A stretch of 63,892 nucleotides of DNA, counting the filler, from Aduncisulcus paluster (lineage: Eukaryota): the NCBI GenBank assembly GCA_024181965.1. It is 6 parts of 6 records of this genome, joined end to end, with 100 filler letters (N's around TTAATTAATTAA, not from the genome) between each part and the next. Parts side by side here need not be neighbours in the genome. Positions count along the whole stretch, not along the records: positions 17,926 to 24,589 come from BQXS01010972.1; positions 24,690 to 53,530 come from BQXS01010973.1; 4 more parts are not named here. The stretch is one strand, 5' to 3'. The translations under genes were made by a program, and so were the position numbers. Below the pieces are notes generated by a model. It was not told the origin of the DNA and made no database searches. It saw only the letters and a list, made by a program, of their open reading frames with translations. This document shows positions 22,037-33,600 of this stretch, piece after piece; positions within the stretch are counted from its first letter, which is position 1, and each line of letters starts with the position of its first letter.

Positions 22037-24589
22037 ATGTGTCAAATTCGAATTACATTGATATGTAATGGTAAGAATGGGAGGCCAGTTCTTTCTGGTT
22101 CTCATCCCAAGCTTGGAATGTGGAAACCTGAACTTGGCATCCCCTTCTTCCCTATTGGTGAGGATAGATACACTGCCGAAATTGAAATTCCAAATGAAAC
22201 AGATGTTGAATTAGAATTCAAGTATTTCTGGCTGACGAATTCAAATGAGCATATGTGGGATGTGATCGACAACCGGAAACTGATGATTACTGCGAATGAT
22301 TCTGTTGTTGAATACAACGATTGTTTTATTTTCGAGACATATTTTACTGACGTTGTCGCCAAATCTTCTGCTGTTCGTGTTGTGATGAAACGTCCTTCAG
22401 AGGATCCTCTCAAGAAGCTTTCCTCCACTCATTCGGATGGATCCGCCACATTAGAGTTCTCTGTATACGTTCCTTACATTCGTCCCGATGATGAAGTTAT
22501 AGTTGTTGGTTCTATTGATGAACTTGGTTCATGGGAATCCTCTGCCGGTTTCGCCCTTTCTCATGCTGAATACCCTTACTTTTCTGGCAAATTGAATGTT
22601 AGTACCGATAGCTACCGTAAGGCTGAGTTTAAGATTTGCTTGATTGGTGCCGATGGCACTCCTTTGTGGGAATCTGGTATGAACAGGTCTGTTTTGTTAA
22701 ATACCGGCACCACTAAGACTGTTGTACGCTGTGGAATGTTCAGATATCCTGACCCCGAAGCCTTTAAGGCCGCTGGTATGGTTATTCCCGTCTTCTCCAT
22801 TCGCACTGAGGAGTCATGTGGTGTTGGAGAATTCAATGATCTCAAAAAGATGGGAGATTGGTGTCATGAGTGTCACCTCAGATTATTACAGGTCCTCCCT
22901 GTGAACGACACCACTTTGAAAGGAGTCCATTGGCATGATACCTACCCATACTCTCCTATCTCTGTGTTTGCTCTCCATCCCCTGTACATGAATGTGCCTG
23001 ACTGTGGTCCCATGGAGGGTTATGAGATGGCTGAGTATATCTCCAAGGGTAAAGAGTTGGACAAGCTCACAGCTGTCGATTATGAGGCTGTTCTTGCCCA
23101 CAAGCTCCGCTACTTACGTCTTATCTATGAGCGTCTGGAAGAGAGAGGAGAGATTGACATTACTAAAGGTGAGTTCAAGGAGTTCATTGATGCCAACCCT
23201 TTCTGGCTCAAACCTTACTGTCTCTACAAATCCCTTCAAGAGGCTTATGGTACTGGTGACTTCATGAGATGGCAGTCTCGGGCAAGAAACCCAAGAGGTG
23301 TTGAGGAGGAAGAAGAAGATGTAGCTGTTAAGAGAGAAGATTCTTCTGTCGCTGAAGAAGAAGAGGAAGAAGAAGAGGAAGAGGAACAAGAAGAGGCCAG
23401 TGTTGAACATCAATGCATTAAGAAGGAAGAGATTAGCGTTGGTGATGATGTTAGTGAAGATGATGATGAGAAGGAACTCCCTCCTCTCTCTTGCGAACTT
23501 CCATCCCCCTTGTCTGACATCTTCGATATGCCTGCCCATCCTTTGTTCGATGAGTACAAATTCCACCTCTGGCTTCAGTTCAACCTCCACCGTCAGTTGA
23601 AGGCTGCTACAGACTACTGCACTTCCCTCGGAGTTGTTCTCAAGGGTGATATTCCCATCGGGGTGAGTCCCCGTGGTGCCGATGCTTGGTGGTGGCGTGA
23701 TTACTTCAGGCTTGACACCCAGACAGGAGCTCCTCCAGATGCTTTCAGTGCCAATGGACAGAACTGGGGTATGCCCACTTACAACTGGGAGAACATGGAG
23801 AAAGATGGGTACCAATGGTGGGTTGAGCGTTTCAGACAACTCTCCAACTACTTCTCTGCCTACCGTGTCGACCACATCCTTGGTTGGTTCCGTATCTGGG
23901 AGATCCCAGAGGACAGAGTTGGTGGAATCGCTGGCAGATTCAGAAAGTGCCATCCTATCCACGTTGACCATCTTCGTTCCCTTGGAATCCATGATATTCA
24001 CCGTCTGTGCAAACCCTTCCTCCCCGAAGACCATGTAAAGGGGCTCTTGAAGGATGTTCCCCTCTTCGTTGACGAGTGGTTTGAGTATGATGATGGCAAA
24101 CGTGACTACCGTGGTGTTGCTCTGATGAAGTTCAAGACCGAGGTCAATTCTGAGAAGAAACTCATTAAGAAGCTTGGTCTTCGTGTCAATCCTGAAACTG
24201 AGAAGGATCGTTTTGAATCTCTGAAGGATCGTTTGATCAGTCTCACCACCAACTACATATTGATGTGGGACAACGATCACCTTAACATCCACGATTACCA
24301 CTTCCACCCTCGTTTCAACCTTGACCAGACCCATTCCTTCCGACACCTTCCCCACAACATTCAAACTGCGATGAAGAAAATGATGATCAACTATTACTAC
24401 AGAGATCATCAGGATATCTGGGGAGTAGAGGCAGACAAGAAGATGTCAACAATCCTCAAGGCAACAAAAATGCTCCCATGCGGTGAAGATTTAGGTCTTC
24501 TTGCTGATGTCGTTGTCGAGAAACTTCAGAAACATCGTGTATGTGGTCTTCGTGTTCAACGTATGCCTGCTGATGATAGTATTGTTCTT
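22037..24589 (+). CDS. DPE2: 4-alpha-glucanotransferase DPE2 type (2x CBM20 + GH77), 3'-truncated
   Basis: CBM20 motifs (GSHPKLGMWKP, VVGSIDELGSW, WESGMNR) and GH77 motifs (GMVIPVFSIR, GEFNDL, QVLPVNDT, YPYSPISVFALHPLY, LKGDIPIGV, GAPPDAFSANGQNWGMPTYNW, YRVDHILGWFRIWEIP, CGEDLG). Confidence 0.95.
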
Positions 24590-24689
24590 NNNNNNNNNNN
24601 NNNNNNNNNNNNNNNNNNNNNNNNNNNNNNNNNTTAATTAATTAANNNNNNNNNNNNNNNNNNNNNNNNNNNNNNNNNNNNNNNNNNNN
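24590..24689. other. Artificial contig linker
   Basis: N44-TTAATTAATTAA-N44. Confidence 0.97.
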
Positions 24690-26763
24690 CTCTCAGAGGA
24701 TCAAGATCCATAGGATTGACTCTAGAACGAATGTAATCAGTATCACAATCGCTTATAGAGTCCTCAGAACCACCGGCACAACGACACCACTTCTCTGAAA
24801 ACTCACTGATACTTCCTCCCTGACAGAACTCCATACAAAACCCGTAAATCCCACAATTATCGTCATCAAGGTCATCGAACAGACATATGGGCTGTGGGAT
24901 ACGATGGAAACAATTCGGATTGTTATATAGTTTCATCTGTTTTTGGAATTCTTTCTTGTACGCATCACCTACTGTGGGTGCACTGCCATCGTTTTCCATC
25001 CTTTTCAGCACAAACTCACCTCCCCTTTTGTCTTCTACATGCCTGACAAGAATAGCCTCTCCGAATCCACCTTTTCCAATCATACATAAGTGGGTGACAT
25101 CATCTGCAGTTATCGTGAATGTATTCGAAGAGGATTGTGAACATATTTCCCAGATCTTATCAAGCCAAGATGTCTTATCTTCTCCGTCCTCTTCCTCTGT
25201 AAATTCTCGTATTGATTCTTCTTCTTCTTCTTCTTCATCATCATCTTCTACTTCTTCTTCTTCTTCTTCATCTTCATCAGATTTTGTCACACTATTTTCT
25301 TCCTCTTCCTCTCCCTTCTCTTCCTCTTCCTCTCCCTTCTCTTCCTCGTCCTCTCCGATTATATCTTCTTTTGGAGGAGGTATTATGGAAAAGCCGACTG
25401 GAGATATATAGGGCAATGTTTCTGCTGGTTTCCCAGCGATTATATCTAAGATCTCTGTAGTATAATCCTTCGTATGAAATAAAAGTCCCTCAACTTCTGA
25501 ATATTTGCTATTTTTTTCATACCACATTCCACATGAATCAAGATCACATTGAACAACATTCTCAAGATCTATTTTTAGGAATATGACTTGCCTTTTCCAC
25601 TTATTACATTCAAAAGTAAAATTTATACGTGTTTTGGTGCCGTTCTGATGAGTAAAACTGAATAACAAGGAAGGTGGTGCATATTGTCCACCAACTATTA
25701 AATAAGCACAATATAAGCGGCTTGGCGATACAAATGGAATTGACAGTTTCGAAAAATCAAGGTTATTCGTGCCTCTTAACATTTCTTTTGCCCGTCTAAG
25801 AATTGAACCAGATCTATGCGCATCAGGACTTCTCGTATCATCCACACACATAATACAATCGAAATTGGGCATCACAAAGCCTAATTCCTCCTTTAACAAT
25901 AGTTTTGAGGTAACGGTGTCCTTTGATTGTCTGTAAATGAGATCCCCTTTGGTGGAGGACACATGCTGGAAAAAATAGAGGAAAAAAAGGATATACAATT
26001 AAATAAGCCCAATATATTAATATATATATATACAAAACAATCCTTTCGCATTAAACAAACAAATTTAAACATACATGATCAGTTTTTTCCTTCTTCTTAC
26101 GCATATCGAATTCTTCCATCACAGTTGGTTCTCGAATAAAAACAAGAGAGTGAAGAACGGCACATTCACTGTCTCGATCTCCCCAAACTCCACCCTTAGA
26201 CTTCAAAATACATTTGTCAAATTGTCTTTCTGATGAAATCGGAATGAAATACCACGAAAATGGAGTTGAAGGCCTACCAGGAAATTTGATAGCATATTTA
26301 CATTTTTTCTTCCCTTCGAACCATAATGAGAGACGAAGTGAAACTGGGCCATATTGATGATCCACACAGATATAAATTCCCTTCATTTGTTGAGGAAAAG
26401 TGAATGGAACTGTTAATTTCTGGAATGAAAGGCTGCCTCCTTCTATAATCATATTTTTGGGTGCTGATTTGGCTTTCTCAAGAGCTTCTTCGGCTTTCTC
26501 AACATCTTCATCCGATGTAACTTCCTGAATTTTAGAATTTCTAACTTCAATGCCTCCAGAGTTAACTTCGATGATCATTGGAGACATTCGAGACAGTGGA
26601 ATGCAACTCAAATCTCCTGAAGATACCTAAATGATTTGTAAACAAATGAATTCAATTCATAGGAATTGATAAAAAGATGGATAAGGATGGTAGACAACGA
26701 AAAGGGACCAACAAATCCTCAGAAACAAAAATAACATACAAACTCAGAAATAACTTCTCTCAT
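24690..26763 (-). CDS. Three-exon protein kinase with two tandem copies of an uncharacterised N-terminal domain and an acidic linker, 3'-truncated (exons 26763-26740, 26626-26075, 25965-24690)
   Basis: Introns 26739-26627 and 26074-25966 (both GTATGT..AG, phase 0) join the 186-aa and 454-aa ORFs. Kinase subdomains IGKGGFGEA, VLKRM, KKEF and MEFCQGGS are present. Repeated motif F.KL(T/S)(V/I)PF..P......Y(I/L).V..QY.P.SL... Confidence 0.8.
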
Positions 26764-27047
26764 TGTTTAAAATCTAATATTTTGAAAAAAATCTTTAGAA
26801 ATTAACGTAAAACTAGCCAGACAAAATAAAAATATGAAAGTCAGTCAAAAGAGACAATAAAACGTCCAAAAACATATTCAAATAACATAATATAAAAATA
26901 ACATACATAATTTCTCACCGGAAATTTCCAATGTAAAACAAGAAGCTATCAATACGATAGGAAAAAATTGAGACACGGTTCATTAATATATCATAATGTT
27001 ATGTATCATATTGGAAAAAGATTCAAACAACCAATTTGTTCAGTTTA

Positions 27048-28135
27048 TTATTTACCCTTAACTGCCATTGCAAGTTTATGAGCAAGATCCATTTTCTGTT
27101 TCTTAATTTTGGGTTCAATCTTTTGAGGTCCCGCCAATTTTATGAGTTTATCATCTGCTTTGATAGAAGAATAGAACACTGGAATGGCTTTCGACCGAGA
27201 TAATTTGACACTGACGACACGAACGAGTGATTGCCAAGCCTTTTTCATTTTCCTTTGAGCTTGTTCCTCTGAATCAGGAAGACCATGCAAAAGTTTTTTC
27301 TTGTCCTCAACATTCATAAAAGCCTGCACGATACCGTTGACAGCACTTTGAACATTCTCAACAATTTGATCAACAGCCATATCGGCAGTTCCTACCTTGA
27401 GTGAGTGGGTGTCCCCATGATTGGGTCTAAAATATTCACCTTTGATAACACGGTCGGCTTGGGCCCTCAAATATCCAGCAGAAACTTTGGCGGGGAGTTT
27501 TACAGGAATAGGGAATTTTTTGGAATCAAAGAAAGTCTTCCCCAACAGTTTTGGGAGCATAGGCACGATAGAATCGTCACACAAAAACACATCATATTTG
27601 TCACGGAGGGTACGACGGGCCTGGAATTTTTGGGTCTTATCACGAATGGTACTTACCGAAACAAACCCAGAAATAGGAGCAATTTTATCTTTAGGAAGGG
27701 CATTCAACTTATCAAAATCTTTATCGCGGCAAATAAAGCAGACTTTGCTTTCTTCTACAGGGGAGAAAGGCTTTGGGAGTTTTATGATATAAGGTTTCAT
27801 ACGAATAAATTGAGGAATTCTTTTAAGACTTACAACAGCATAAACAGAATTTTTGTCATCAGAAACAATAGATTTCCCTTTTCCAGATCTTTGGGCTTGA
27901 ATCTGTTGATTCTCAGCAAATAACCCAGTCAAAGCTTTTGCGAGCTATATCAAAATATACCAAAATTATGTTCCCCCATGAATTGTACATTATAATTTGA
28001 ATAAAAAGCCGAAGAATTGGTACATACATGAGATAAAATAGAATGATTGAAGGGATACAGTAAGAAAAGAGGTAAAATTTATATTTTAATAGAGAAATAA
28101 TCATCTAGTCTACATACCACTGTTGTATTAATCAT
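27048..28135 (-). CDS. RSL1D1: Ribosomal L1 domain-containing protein (RSL1D1/Utp30-like), two exons (28135-28118, 27944-27048)
   Basis: PYIIKLPKP, VCFICRD, YDVFLCDDSIVPMLPKLLGKTFFDSKKFPIPV, SLKVGTADM..DQIVENV and KLSRSKAIPVF motifs. Intron 28117-27945 GTATGT..TATAG supplies MINTTV. Confidence 0.9.
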
Positions 28136-28465
28136 ATAGAATCGAAAGGAATGACGTACTCACCAAAGAATTCCCAATCAAGCTCAATCGTCAATAGCAA
28201 GGCCAATTGCATATATCAGCTCGGAAAAGAAGTGTATTGCAATGTATTTATTCTATGATGATTTTTTTCTTCTAATAAATAGATGATATCACTCAATAAA
28301 GTCAAAATTATTTTCTGCTGAAATAGAGCAATTTTCAGGCTGCTAAAAAAGCTAATATATGTATTGAGGAAATGTACTAAAAGATTTTAAAACAGAATCT
28401 CAATTTCCACTTCGATTTTGATGATATCATTATTTTCTGATTTTCTTCTACTTTGATTTTTCAAA

Positions 28466-30223
28466 ATGACTGTGCAGGATAAACTTACAAAAGTTGCTCA
28501 TTATGAGCCAATTTTACCTTTTGTTCTCTTTCTAATTTCGTTTATTGGGTTTCTAGTTCAAAGTTTCTCCCAATCTCATATTAGAAAGGATACTGTCCCC
28601 TTGGAAATTGGATTATGGGGATGTCCTGCGGGATATGATGGTAATTATGATGATTATCTCTGTCAAGGTTCTGATTATCGTGATTCTTCCACTCCAAACC
28701 CTCCTGGTTTCATTTTTGGACCATATTCAACCTCAAATAACTTTTTGAAGTTTAATCTATCGATTCACAACACATATTACCAAGATATTTCCCTTGATGA
28801 TCTTTCTATCCGCACAACTATCTCTTCCGCCAAATTGCCTGATGGTGTCAATCTCAAGCAATTGCAATACGAAGAAGACTTTTACACAGTTCTTACATGG
28901 AGTGAAGAGACTGTTATTGTTGCTAATACTCATGGTAAGTCCTGTTTGGGAACATCATTTGTATGTGATGATATCAACGTTGCCAACGTTAAAGGAATTA
29001 GAGATAACTTTTACAAGGTTTCCTTTGACATTACTTCCTCAGGTTCTCTTTCCATGAATGGATTTGGCGATGCTCGTGTTTCCCTCGATACACTTACCCC
29101 AAGTGTTTTCAGCATGTATCTCCGTCTCTTCTCAATGATTGCCACGCTTATATGTGCTGTTGTCTTCATAAAATCAGTGAAACAAGTGAATGTTGGAGCC
29201 TCTGTCAAATCTAGCACTCAGATGTATGTCTTGTGGCTCTTTATTCTCATTATTTCCACATTACTCTTCCTCAATCCCTTTCAGCCACTCTCCTCCACTT
29301 CATCTCCTAACTCTGCACTTCAGTATCTCTCTTCCATCCTCTCATTCATCTCTCTCGGCGGAATAATGGTCAGTGTGAGTATGATTGGTCGAATCATGTT
29401 CGGTTTCACCAAATTGAGCGGTGGAGAGAGTGAAGAAGAAGAACGTAACTTTGAGAAGATTGAACGTGAAGGAACAAAACGTCATTTGTTGGTTTCCATT
29501 ATTTTCGTCTCTATATTCCTTCTGTTGATGTTGATCACCACGTTTGTGTCCATAGGCAAGAAATATGATGACCATTTGAGTTTATTCTCATCAAGTTCAA
29601 TCCTCTCTGCCCTCACTTTCATTGCCTGTGTAGTCTATGCCACGTGGATGATTGTCACTTACAGTTCTCGTCTCTTCAGGCTCTCATGCACTTGCTGTGA
29701 CTGTTCCATCCTGATTGCCAATAATCAGACCTACAATGAGCTTGGCGATGCCGATGTCTCGAATGTACCAGCTATCACAACTGGCTCGGTGATCACAGAA
29801 TCTGAACATTCACTTCGGATGACATACTCTTTGTCACCAACCCAGGAGGCTGAGGCTTTCTCTGTGTATGGATGCAACGTGTCCTTGTTACGTATGGTGT
29901 ACGTATGTCTCTGCCTGTGGACTATTTGGTTGTGTATTGATGTCTTCGTAGGAGGTTTGAGTGGAGTCGAGTTCCTTGATAGTGGGAAACAAGCCCCTTC
30001 CTACACTTTCTTGATACTCACTGTTCTATTTTTAGCTCTCTCGATCGGAGTTGGAATCACAATGCTCCCTGAAATTACTGCTTCTGGAATGAGTGCCTAT
30101 GCTAAGGTTGTGTCAAGAATTAACCTTACTCACATGACTGGCTTGACTGGTGATCAAGTTGGAGCTGAGGTTTGGCAAGAAAAGGAGGAAGAAGCGGGTG
30201 CAAGTGTATTTATGGAGACGTGA
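28466..30223 (+). CDS. TMEM181-like (Wntless/MIG-14 family) multi-pass membrane protein
   Basis: One N-terminal TM, a lumenal domain with SC....VCDDINVANV...DNFYKV (cf. TMEM181 TC..KCAEIIVAHL..YTQYTV), then ~7 TMs including LLFLNPFQPLS (cf. LLYNDPFFPLS). Confidence 0.6.
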   Translation: MTVQDKLTKVAHYEPILPFVLFLISFIGFLVQSFSQSHIRKDTVPLEIGLWGCPAGYDGNYDDYLCQGSDYRDSSTPNPPGFIFGPYSTSNNFLKFNLSIHNTYYQDISLDDLSIRTTISSAKLPDGVNLKQLQYEEDFYTVLTWSEETVIVANTHGKSCLGTSFVCDDINVANVKGIRDNFYKVSFDITSSGSLSMNGFGDARVSLDTLTPSVFSMYLRLFSMIATLICAVVFIKSVKQVNVGASVKSSTQMYVLWLFILIISTLLFLNPFQPLSSTSSPNSALQYLSSILSFISLGGIMVSVSMIGRIMFGFTKLSGGESEEEERNFEKIEREGTKRHLLVSIIFVSIFLLLMLITTFVSIGKKYDDHLSLFSSSSILSALTFIACVVYATWMIVTYSSRLFRLSCTCCDCSILIANNQTYNELGDADVSNVPAITTGSVITESEHSLRMTYSLSPTQEAEAFSVYGCNVSLLRMVYVCLCLWTIWLCIDVFVGGLSGVEFLDSGKQAPSYTFLILTVLFLALSIGVGITMLPEITASGMSAYAKVVSRINLTHMTGLTGDQVGAEVWQEKEEEAGASVFMET

Positions 30224-30637
30224 TCATTTAGCTGCTGTACTCAAATAATAAACAGTTTATTTGATATAAAAAATGTATTTTAGAAGTATATATGCCCCTT
30301 TACAGCAAAGTACATGCCCTCAATTTAGAAATAGAGGGTATAGATAAATTTCATCGCAATAATCAAATACGGCTTTTTGCAACATTAATTTTACAAGGAA
30401 TATAGTTTTACTCAAGTATACAGAAAGAATATCGATAATAAATTACCGGTAAATAAGCTTCGAAGTGATTGGATCAATGTTTTTTTAAAATATGAATTTA
30501 AGCATAAAACTCATAACTGAATAATTATCGAAAACAAAAATGTTCTTTTAATAATGGAATATACTTTGTATGAATGGGAAAGTGATTACATTCATGATTT
30601 TTTATTTCAGGTCATTTTGATCGTCATATTGGCAGAA

Positions 30638-33600
30638 ATGGTATGTAATTCGAACATTTTCAAAAAGATATTCTATTTATCGTTAAATATTCTCTAATTT
30701 AAATTTATATAATTTAGTCATCACCTCACCAGAGTGTATTTCATCCATCTGATCCAAAACCCGTAAATCCTTCTTGTTTGATCCAGACATCAACTATAAA
30801 ACAACAATCAAGTATCAAGGATTATAAAGGTGCTAATGGTAACTTATTATCTATTCTATCTTCTATTGAGAGCATGTCACAACCGCCAATATCACTAAAA
30901 GAGATTGAATCTCAATCTATAAAAGTACAATCTTGCATAAAAAAGTTAGCGAGTTTTGAAGAATATACATCATTAAAATCAATGGAGAGTTTACATGCTG
31001 TTGATAAAGAAAAATCATGTAAGCCAAGCATTGACCCATATTTTCCTCATCTATCAGATATTTCAAAAGAAGAAGATGAAAAAATCCTTAAAAATGATCG
31101 GCTATCATCTATATTTCGATTATTTGAGGGTTCAGTCGAGGCTCTTCCAGAAACTGTCAAAAAACAATTGAATAATGTTCTCTTGAGCAATACCGATGCT
31201 AAGATGCGTTTTATGACGTATGTCATTGACTCTATTTCTCTATTTGCCTCTGAAGCTAAAGCTCCCAAGACTGATATACCTTCAATTGATAAAGGAGTCC
31301 AGAAGCTCCGCTCATTAGCCAAACCCCTTGATCAGCTTCTTAAAACAGCGCAAGAAGTTGAGAAAGACCTCAAAGACCAGTCTAGAAAGATGATTCATCG
31401 TTCATTCCCACCCTTTGATCTTCGCCATATTGTTGATGTTGTGGCTGACCGTTTCAATGGAATTCATCTTCATTATATCTCTAGACACCTTAAAATATAC
31501 TTAAACATCTCATATAAGACCTTTTGTTGCATCAAGCACCTCCAAGAAACCTCAGGAAAGTCTATTCTTGTAGATCTCTATAAAAAGGTCTCCAGCAAGA
31601 TTTTAAACCATTATGTGCAAGTTATGAAACGTTTTGGTGACAAAAAGCTTGCTGATAACCCTCCAACCAGTTTTGACGATGGTCCCNNNNNNNNNNNNNN
31701 NNNNNNGCATCAAGCACCTCCAAGAAACCTCAGGAAAGTCTATTCTTGTAGATCTCTATAAAAAGGTCTCCAGCAAGATTTTAAACCATTATGTGCAAGT
31801 TATGAAACGTTTTGGTGACAAAAAGCTTGCTGATAACCCTCCAACCAGTTTTGACGATGGTCCCATACATGATGTCAAGTTTCCTTTCCTTTGTGCGCGT
31901 CAAGTCAATGAGTTATACGATTATTGCAACGGTGATCAAAAACAAGCTGTATTTCAGTCAATTATAACGACCATGATACGGATAACCTGCACGATGCCCT
32001 ACGTTCGGCAGTGTATTGATTCTGAGTATTCTCGAATGTCTCAACCTACACAGAAACGTGAGATATCTATGAATTCTATTGAGAGTCAGCTTGAAAAAGT
32101 CGTGAAAGCCAGTGAAATATTTGAAACAGAGTGCAGATATGCACTTAGTAAGCAGGTTCAAGATTTCCTTGAGGGTCCCAACAGTATTGAAAATGCCCGT
32201 ATTGAGAGTATCCTTAAGCTTTGTATCCAAGCTTATAAGGATGAATTCATGAAGCGTGAAGTGTTTGCTTTCTTCAGATCTTTCTGTGCTAACTATGTGC
32301 AATCGCATTACCCTGCTTGGAAAGTTCCCTCAGATGTGTCCGCTAGTGCCATTGATCCTCTTCAGGCATCAGTATTCTCACACATTAGAGACTTTCCCAA
32401 TTCTGAGTATAAGATTGGCATTATCGAGAGTTTGGTTCGATCTGTAAAATCCCGTCTCGGGGATATTCATTTCCCCGGTTTAAGACCTGAGCAATCAGCA
32501 GCCATCGACTCTGAGCCTCTTGTCTCCACATTTGCTGAGGATAATATGATACGGTTCGCAGCTTCTCGCCTTGTACACCATGCTCATCAACTAGTTGAAA
32601 ACACAAGTCTAAAAATAGCTTACATGATTCTCAATCAGATGGTTCCAGCATCCACTCCTGGAATGCCTCAGAAAGATGTCAATATTGCCCAATATTTACG
32701 TATTTCATATGAACAATTTATTGAACAACCTCTTTTCGAACCCTTTTTGAAAGAAATTGACATATTTCATGACCAACTTTCCTTCATATTGGAGTGTGAA
32801 CTCCGCATTAAGTTGATGATCGAGCATTCGGATGATGCTAGTTCCAGTAGTGCTTCCTTTGCTCCCACAGCAACTGGAGATTCTACAACATCATCAAGTG
32901 CTGTTTCATTTTCGACTTCCATCGAGAAGACTACGAGTATTCTTGTAGCAGCCATCGCGGCTTCACATCGGATGTTGATTTGTAGCCCCCTTGCAAAAAC
33001 TCGAAAGAATTATCTTTTCACCATTTTCTCTGATGTTATCCAAGAGATTATCAGCACCACATTGCACCATGAGAGTCTCAGAGCTCTCGAATATCCCATT
33101 CCTGTTGGTACAATTAGGGTGCTTAGCAAGTCAATTCAAGCCGTTAGACAAATGGATATGAGCAAAATTGAGGAAAAGTTTTCACCAGATTTCTTACTGA
33201 AGGATGTACAACTCTACAAGGGGTTTTTGGAGCTTTCTATGAATTCTATTCGGGAAACATTCCATAAATTGAGAAGAAATTCCCAGGAGAGTTTCGTACT
33301 AAGATATCCTCGTCTTCCAAGAGTGTGTGTTAAAGCCTTTCAGATGTGCTCAGGCCTCCACGATCGGCTATGGCAATGCGGAGGAGTTGGTGGTACACTC
33401 ATGTTCCCCTCTGGAGTGATATCTCCTTCTGCTCCTTCTTCTTGTTCTTCCTCATCCTCCACATTTCATAGCGATTATGACACGATTCGTGTGTCCTCTG
33501 ATGGGAGTGGTCTACGGACAAAAGACGAGGAAGATGAGGAAGATGAGGAAGATCATCCCAAATTGGTGGCTGGAAATGCTGGAATGTTATCAAAAGAAAG

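Noticed and set aside
23114-24409. 431-aa antisense ORF over DPE2
   Set aside because: Antisense shadow caused by codon bias, with no motifs.
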